From the NCBI GenBank assembly GCA_963674745.2, contig CAXXDV010000003.1:1504001-1568000 (forward strand): DNA of 64,000 nt. Reading direction: 5' to 3'. Position numbers and translations under genes: made by a program. Below, in pieces: positions 59,701 through 64,000 of this stretch. The notes below the pieces were generated by a model that did not search any database, was not told the DNA's origin, and was given only the letters and a program-made list of their open reading frames with translations. Position 1 is the stretch's first letter. Each line of letters opens with the position of its first letter. The DNA is from Desulfosudaceae bacterium. GTDB taxonomy: Bacteria > Desulfobacterota > Desulfobacteria > Desulfobacterales > Desulfosudaceae.

Positions 59701-60303
59701 GCTGAACTTCTACAAAATATAGCTCGTTGCCAAACAAATCTTCAATACTCAATGGACAGCGTAGCGCAGTGGTTTACAATCTCAGGATCCAGCATTGTCC
59801 CTCAATTTACCCTCGAAAATTTAGTATCTATTTGCATTGAAAGCATCAATAATATTTACCCTCATAAAAAAATTTATCCAGAGAACTATTTTAGCAGTGA
59901 AGAAGTGATTATTGACGGTAAATTTTTTGCCCCGTTCTTTGATATATTACGGACTATTATGGATAATGCTATAACTCATTCAGGGTTACCCCCAGAGAAA
60001 ATTAAGGCCCAAATTATTGTGCAAGTTATTGATAACCGTCTTACAATGCAAATTAAAAATAGTTTGGAGAAGCAAGTGCGTGAATCTGACCCTATTGCTA
60101 ACCTAAAAACAACTCATTCGCTTATTGAAACGGCAGAAGTTACTGGTGGCATAGCCAAAGAGGGAAGATCTGGTTTAATGAAAGTAAGAAAGCTCATGGC
60201 TATTGATTTACAACGTAAGGATTCATCGTTAGATTTTTTTTATGATAATGAAGAGAATTTCGTAGTTAAGCTTAGCATGGAAATAGAGGAGCTGTGTATA
60301 TGA
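56749..60303 (+). CDS. Large helical-repeat protein with a C-terminal kinase-like ATPase domain (Detocs DtcA-like)
   Basis: 'YLSVRIRHGVL' candidate phospho-His; 'IMDNAITHSG' N-box; 'KEGRSGL.KV' G-box; no clear TM segment; ATGA overlap with the receiver gene. Confidence 0.75.
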   Translation: MSKNRKKKTSKKKHPKMPAGFRQRLYNSKEFNPKKVFQDLQAYRDFNEMQAVANYVANPNNPFHRFMFGITFARAYNELCTYRSFVLTDSLQKELDWMSLSLVRYAKEISQFVKQANAFQKTFLLGSYQQASEILETIISEFGFSLWSLEKTFLLAEYAHGLERNKKELTNIIGDEKNDELLKFIAEYISLRCESKMSDENYRIRLSRGIDFDDDFFVLVNYLRYRLEQIGMDLTSVATHITYFEGSTPIIDRYLTFITILQSCAIADQEYSEIAKNVVVRLDGLIEDLRIDSLLQLFIPDREFECNTLAVNMIEVLDNYTNGYYEISAEMASQILTDNPESYEFYYIYIRSLAHIGKAFNQFFPEDSVAASILEHSNVIIRGKRLYNRSFNYLSKLSTSLWRDPLAYGLFDFYVEEALPSQEKRIHKLMLLNAHFLNPRFAIIYEDKNNADKFLNQLSSQVGEGSTLSLMRAITASSHKFDDVQLPEEIPEARRQIYLAEIYEKKGRFQSAISVLQPLLIDIMEDKLPGGFYSCERVAGALFRCYLERKQLAECTDMVVSSFLQNDLLTKKLPLIQLVKSIDETGPIDVMRKISYPILYSIVHTKPREVYVAYDNFLNSMGLSRPTQLFDMADEFSPSDLQEFLLKVCTIDVLSCSYHFNGTKDLETERIRICQFLSEKDQTRLKIYSDEISSITSRSLIREGMRQIEVSKIHVDEKGIRTTGRKLLEESFARYRELASMSSIKNMRVLNQESLYLYIITRDGKVIKAPISTTELKDPVFEKQIVHNALFINFRELFMDVRDRFISSGEHGLDGYLSVRIRHGVLQNQIRSTFEALHLISEKDTTTEEYLINPYWDTRLEDVSVENRAAIQEQLANFSRDVDALAQRLNKELIQVKTEKKNTDGLFDYSFSTIELYQIFVDEFLQITDFDQFMDCLFGVLWTRLKINLENIQNYISVELKNTIYESISQLEREIRKIVSQFQAAELLQNIARCQTNLQYSMDSVAQWFTISGSSIVPQFTLENLVSICIESINNIYPHKKIYPENYFSSEEVIIDGKFFAPFFDILRTIMDNAITHSGLPPEKIKAQIIVQVIDNRLTMQIKNSLEKQVRESDPIANLKTTHSLIETAEVTGGIAKEGRSGLMKVRKLMAIDLQRKDSSLDFFYDNEENFVVKLSMEIEELCI

Positions 60304-60752
60304 AAATATTAATCATTGAAGACGATAGTAATAAGATGCAACGTATTTCAAATGAAATTCGTGAAATTAAAACTGATGCACTAATAACTGAAGCGCGTTC
60401 ATATCAAAGTGGTATGCAACTCCTCATGTCTGTAAAATTCGACTTCTTGCTGTTGGATATGAGCCTTCCAATATTTGATATTTCTCCCGAAGAAGATGGT
60501 TTCCGTGTAGATCCATTTTCTGGCCGTAATATTCTTGGCGAGATGTTTAGAAAAGATGTAATTGTTCCCACAGTGGTTATTACAATGTTTGAGACTTTCG
60601 GAGATGGCAGTGATTTGATGACGCTTGATGAACTTGATAAGGAGCTTTCAGAGAATTACTCCTCTATTTACAAGGGAGTAATTTATTACAACTCATCCGA
60701 GATCAATTGGAAAGAATCATTAAAAACCTTTATGGAGAAAATGAATGATTAA
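60300..60752 (+). CDS. Stand-alone receiver-domain protein (DtcB-like)
   Basis: 'ILIIEDD', 'LLLDMSLP', 'VVITMF'. Confidence 0.8.
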   Translation: MKILIIEDDSNKMQRISNEIREIKTDALITEARSYQSGMQLLMSVKFDFLLLDMSLPIFDISPEEDGFRVDPFSGRNILGEMFRKDVIVPTVVITMFETFGDGSDLMTLDELDKELSENYSSIYKGVIYYNSSEINWKESLKTFMEKMND

Positions 60753-61971
60753 AATACTCGTTCTTGACGATAACAAAGATAAATCAGACAAGATTCTTAA
60801 GGTTATTGGAAATATACCTGATATTCCGCTTAGTGATGTCTTATGTGTACAAGATCTCATTCAAGCAAGGGATGCCTGTCGCCAGAATCTTTACGACTTG
60901 TTAATTCTTGACCTGCAGCTACCTAATAGAATTGGAGATACTCCCCAAGACATGGCAGGATGTGAATTTATCAAAGAGCTTAACACTAGCACAACACTAC
61001 TTCGCCCTTTTCACATAATTGGACTCACTGCCTATGATGATATTCTTGAAAAGGCAGATTCTTTTTTTGAAGACGAGCTTTGGCGAGTTATTAAATACGA
61101 TACTCGCACAAATAACTGGCATCGTCAGCTTATATCAAAACTTCAATATTTAATAACATCCAAAAAGGCATTACTTAAGGCAGATTCTACGAGACATATA
61201 TACGACCTTGGTATTGTGACAGCGCTACATGTGCCTGAGTTCCAGAGTATCCTCGATCTACCTGCGGAATGGGAAGTAATCAAACAACCTAATGATCCAA
61301 CTATATATCAAAGGGGTTGGTTTCGTAGTAACAGTAAGCAATTGTCTGTCATCTCGGCTTGTGCGCAACAAATGGGTATGTCTGCCGCAGCTGTTCTCAC
61401 GTCAAAACTCATAACGCAATTTCGTCCACGATTCCTTGCTATAAGTGGTATTGCGGCTGCCGTGAAGGGTGGTGATGCAAAGATAGGTGATATCCTTATC
61501 GCGGATCAATCATGGGATTACGAGAGCGGTAAGCACAAAATCAAGAATGACAAACAGGTCTTTGAGCCTGACCCGAAAAGTATTCCATTGCATGTTCATG
61601 TAAAGGAGTGGTTTTTGCATCATAAAGCGAAGAATTCTTTTCTAGCGGATATACAAAACAGCTGGAGAGGCGGAAAAGAGGCGGAACGTTTACAAGTGCA
61701 CATTGGTCCGATTGCTTCTGGTTCTGCCGTTGTGCAAGATGAACGCATAATAGATCACATCAAAGCACAAAGTCGAAAATTGGTGGGGCTTGACATGGAA
61801 ACCTACGGAGTTTTCTTCGCTGCAGAAAATAACTCACTACCCTGCCCAACAGTTATGTCAATTAAGTCTGCATGTGACTATGCCGATAATGATAAATCAG
61901 ATGAGCATCAAGCCTATGCTGCTTTTACAAGCGCACAGTATTTGTATCATTTCGCTCTGGAGTGCTTATAA
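60745..61971 (+). CDS. Receiver + PNP/MTA-SAH nucleosidase effector (DtcC-like)
   Basis: 'ILVLDD', 'LILDLQLP'; 'GIVTAL..E', 'GIAA', 'IASGSAVV', 'GLDMETYG', 'IKSACDYAD'. Confidence 0.85.
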   Translation: MIKILVLDDNKDKSDKILKVIGNIPDIPLSDVLCVQDLIQARDACRQNLYDLLILDLQLPNRIGDTPQDMAGCEFIKELNTSTTLLRPFHIIGLTAYDDILEKADSFFEDELWRVIKYDTRTNNWHRQLISKLQYLITSKKALLKADSTRHIYDLGIVTALHVPEFQSILDLPAEWEVIKQPNDPTIYQRGWFRSNSKQLSVISACAQQMGMSAAAVLTSKLITQFRPRFLAISGIAAAVKGGDAKIGDILIADQSWDYESGKHKIKNDKQVFEPDPKSIPLHVHVKEWFLHHKAKNSFLADIQNSWRGGKEAERLQVHIGPIASGSAVVQDERIIDHIKAQSRKLVGLDMETYGVFFAAENNSLPCPTVMSIKSACDYADNDKSDEHQAYAAFTSAQYLYHFALECL

Positions 61972-62028
61972 GTCAAAAACAAAACTCAGTTGAAAAGCGT
62001 CAGCCGGAATTCGTGATGTGTGTTTCGT

Positions 62029-62212
62029 TCATGTCTTTGTAAAAAGAATACCTTTAAGTCCAGGCAGGTCAGGCTGCATGGCGACGATATATTCTTTTCG
62101 GTCTTTTGTCAGGCGCTTGATTGCCGCCTCGATTTTGTAGGCATCACTTTTTGAATCCGCCGCAATGGTATAAACCAGTTCCAGTGATCTGGATGCTCTC
62201 GTGTATTTGGGT
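62029..62212 (-). pseudogene. C-terminal half of a GIY-YIG (UPF0213-like) nuclease, truncated by a repeat element
   Basis: 'KYTRASRSLELVY...SKSDAYKIEAAIKRL'; the N-terminal GIY-YIG part is missing and the break lies at the 62213 inverted repeat. Confidence 0.7.
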
Positions 62213-62411
62213 GGAATTCTGGTGCCAGTATACCTATTTATCTTACATATGAAAAAGATGATATCCGCGGGCATACCCGCACCGGACGCCCATTGGGCAG
62301 CCGCGTTTTTGTGATACAATTGGAAGATACGCTGGGCAGGCGGTTGCGGCCCAGGAAACCGGGAAGAAAACCCAAACCGGCTAACAATTAGTATACTGGC
62401 ACCGGAATTCC
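62213..62411 (+). mobile_element. Internally deleted RAYT/Y1-transposase element bounded by family A inverted repeats
   Basis: GGAATTCTGGTGCCAGTATACCTATT ... AATTAGTATACTGGCACCGGAATTCC; interior reads 'IRGHTRTGRPLGSRVFVIQLEDTLGRRLRPRKPGRKPK'. Confidence 0.75.
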
Positions 62412-62422
62412 TATATTATTTC

Positions 62423-62517
62423 TGGTATTACCAATAATGGGGTTAAATAATATATTTTAGCTTTTTAGTTAATTTTACGTTGACTTTTACCTTATATTCG
62501 CTATTCTGGTATTACCA
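62423..62517 (+). promoter_or_regulatory. Two TGGTATTACCA FadR-type operators and a sigma70-like promoter for the GntR gene
   Basis: TGGT-N3-ACCA at 62423-62433 and 62507-62517; TTGACT-16 bp-TATTCT at 62480-62507. Confidence 0.65.
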
Positions 62518-62534
62518 AAAATAATGGTGAAATA

Positions 62535-63284
62535 ATGAACAAAGACACATCGCTGACAGAACAGATTGTTTTTAAGCTTAAACAGGAGATTATCAGGGGG
62601 GAATTGAACCCCGGGACCCGGTTGCCGGCCGAAAGGGAGCTTGCTGAAAAATATAATGTCAGCCGGGTTACCATCCGGTCGGTCATTACTCAGCTGTGCC
62701 AGCTTGGTTTTTTAAAAACCGTTCCCAAAAGCGGGACCTTTGTTAACCATTATCTTGAAAATGCGTCCGTTGATCTTCTGGTCGAAATTATCAAAAACAG
62801 TGAGAAAGTTGACAACGTGATGTTTCTGGCGCTTCTGGATGTAAGACGGATTATCGAGGTTTACGCAGCGGGAAAATGCGCGCAGCGAATTACAGCGGAA
62901 GAAATTAACCGGTTGAACGCCCTTGACTTGGAAATGGAATTGCATGCAGGGGACCCGAAAACAGTTGCTGAAACGGATTATGTTTTTCATATGGAAATCA
63001 TAAGAATTGCCGGGAACCCGGTTATCCGGGTTGTGCTTAATTCCATCGGGTCGATTTTCAAATTTTATTTGAATAGTTATTACAAAGTGCCCGGAAATAC
63101 AGAAGCCATAAGACCGTTCTACAAGAGGCTTATGAATTCCCTGGAAATGGGAGACGACAGGTATGCTTCATTTGCAATGGAGGAACTGCTCACCTTTGCC
63201 GAAATGGGTATCAAAGAGACTATGGGGGCAGAGGCCGGGATGATGAAGAAAGAAAATGGATCCCCTGGTCGAGCCGGCGGATGA
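62535..63284 (+). CDS. GntR/FadR-family transcriptional regulator
   Basis: 'PGTRLPAERELAEKYNVSRVTIR', 'SGTFV', FCD domain 'D..FH..I...AGN'. Confidence 0.92.
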   Translation: MNKDTSLTEQIVFKLKQEIIRGELNPGTRLPAERELAEKYNVSRVTIRSVITQLCQLGFLKTVPKSGTFVNHYLENASVDLLVEIIKNSEKVDNVMFLALLDVRRIIEVYAAGKCAQRITAEEINRLNALDLEMELHAGDPKTVAETDYVFHMEIIRIAGNPVIRVVLNSIGSIFKFYLNSYYKVPGNTEAIRPFYKRLMNSLEMGDDRYASFAMEELLTFAEMGIKETMGAEAGMMKKENGSPGRAGG

Positions 63285-63301
63285 CGAAGGAAAGGATTGA
63301 G

Positions 63302-64000
63302 ATGACCCCCAAAAACCACATCGTATTTGTCAGCCTGATCATCGCGGCTACCTGTCTTTTTGAAATGAGCCTTCTGGCCGGGCTGGAGGCGATTGCCGAC
63401 CCTGCTTATCAGGTCGTACATCTTTTTTCCATGGGTCTTTTAATCGCCGGGCAGGTTCTCCTGATCCGGCATTGCCGGCTCAACGGGTTGTCTGTCACGG
63501 TTCCGGCCCTGACCGCGGCCGCCCTGGTGTGCACGGGCATGGGCGACCTTGTCAACGGCACCCTGATCGGCGTTACACCGGTTTCCACCAAGCTGACGTT
63601 CGCCCTGTTCCTCTTTGGCGCGGGCTATCTCATGTATATTTACAACCTGTGGCAGGCCATCCGGACCACGGGCGATCCTTCCCGAAAAATGCCCCTGGCG
63701 GCGCTCATTCCCCTTGTTGTTATTATCCTTATCAATAATGTGGCCTCGTGGTTTATCTACATTGACGAACTGGTGCAAGGATTCACACTGCTTCATTACG
63801 GCGGGTTGACATTCAACGCCACCATTTACGTGGCCATGCCGGTTCTGGGCATTTATTACGCATACAAAACCGGCTGGGCGATTTCCGGCTGGATTATCCT
63901 AATTGCCGGCGTCTTTCTCCCCTATTCGGACCTGATTCTGTTCGACTCCTGGCTGCCGGGAAACCCGGATCAACCGGTCCGCGATTTGTATGCTTACAAC
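63302..64000 (+). CDS. Integral membrane protein, possibly YhhN-like; runs off the window end
   Basis: Open frame from ATG 63302 (MTPKNHIVF...) to the end; TM-rich; 'CTGMGDL', 'YSDLIL'. Confidence 0.7.
   Translation, partial: MTPKNHIVFVSLIIAATCLFEMSLLAGLEAIADPAYQVVHLFSMGLLIAGQVLLIRHCRLNGLSVTVPALTAAALVCTGMGDLVNGTLIGVTPVSTKLTFALFLFGAGYLMYIYNLWQAIRTTGDPSRKMPLAALIPLVVIILINNVASWFIYIDELVQGFTLLHYGGLTFNATIYVAMPVLGIYYAYKTGWAISGWIILIAGVFLPYSDLILFDSWLPGNPDQPVRDLYAYN

Noticed and set aside
62029..62319. 96 aa ORF as an intact gene
   Set aside because: Chimeric: the first ~35 codons are the antisense of the RAYT remnant; only the remainder is GIY-YIG-like
2335..62411. Integron with attC sites
   Set aside because: No tyrosine integrase; the repeats do not show consistent RYYYAAC/GTTRRRY ends; genes lie on both strands
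1..64000. tRNA, rRNA or prophage genes
   Set aside because: None recognised by eye; tRNAscan-SE and Infernal would be needed to exclude small RNAs

Overview
A 64 kb bacterial chromosomal window. Gene content and intergenic repeats suggest a Desulfobacterales-like deltaproteobacterium (inference). A GC-rich backbone carries mltA, hrpB, yhbY, a LolA-like/ABC exporter operon, a cold-shock gene, signalling proteins, an Ald/aminotransferase catabolic cluster, a THUMP rRNA methyltransferase and a molybdopterin oxidoreductase. Two visibly AT-rich islands interrupt it. Island 1 (~2.7-13.6 kb) is the best candidate for an undescribed system and holds two convergent operons: (a) nucleotide kinase-ParB fusion / large AAA ATPase / NDT(DUF4406)-like + ATP-grasp-like + phospho-His swivel-like protein; (b) membrane protein / protein kinase-P-loop ATPase fusion / Rossmann(CARF)-like protein / DruA-like protein with no other Druantia gene in the window. 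Island 2 (~56.1-62.0 kb) holds an orphan BglII/BstYI-like nuclease and a three-gene Detocs-like anti-phage system. Several families of palindromic REP-like repeats fill the intergenic spaces. One family is tied to a RAYT (Y1 transposase) remnant and sits at many gene-block junctions and truncation points. No rRNA, tRNA or CRISPR array was recognised. All family calls come from reading motifs by eye, not from database searches.
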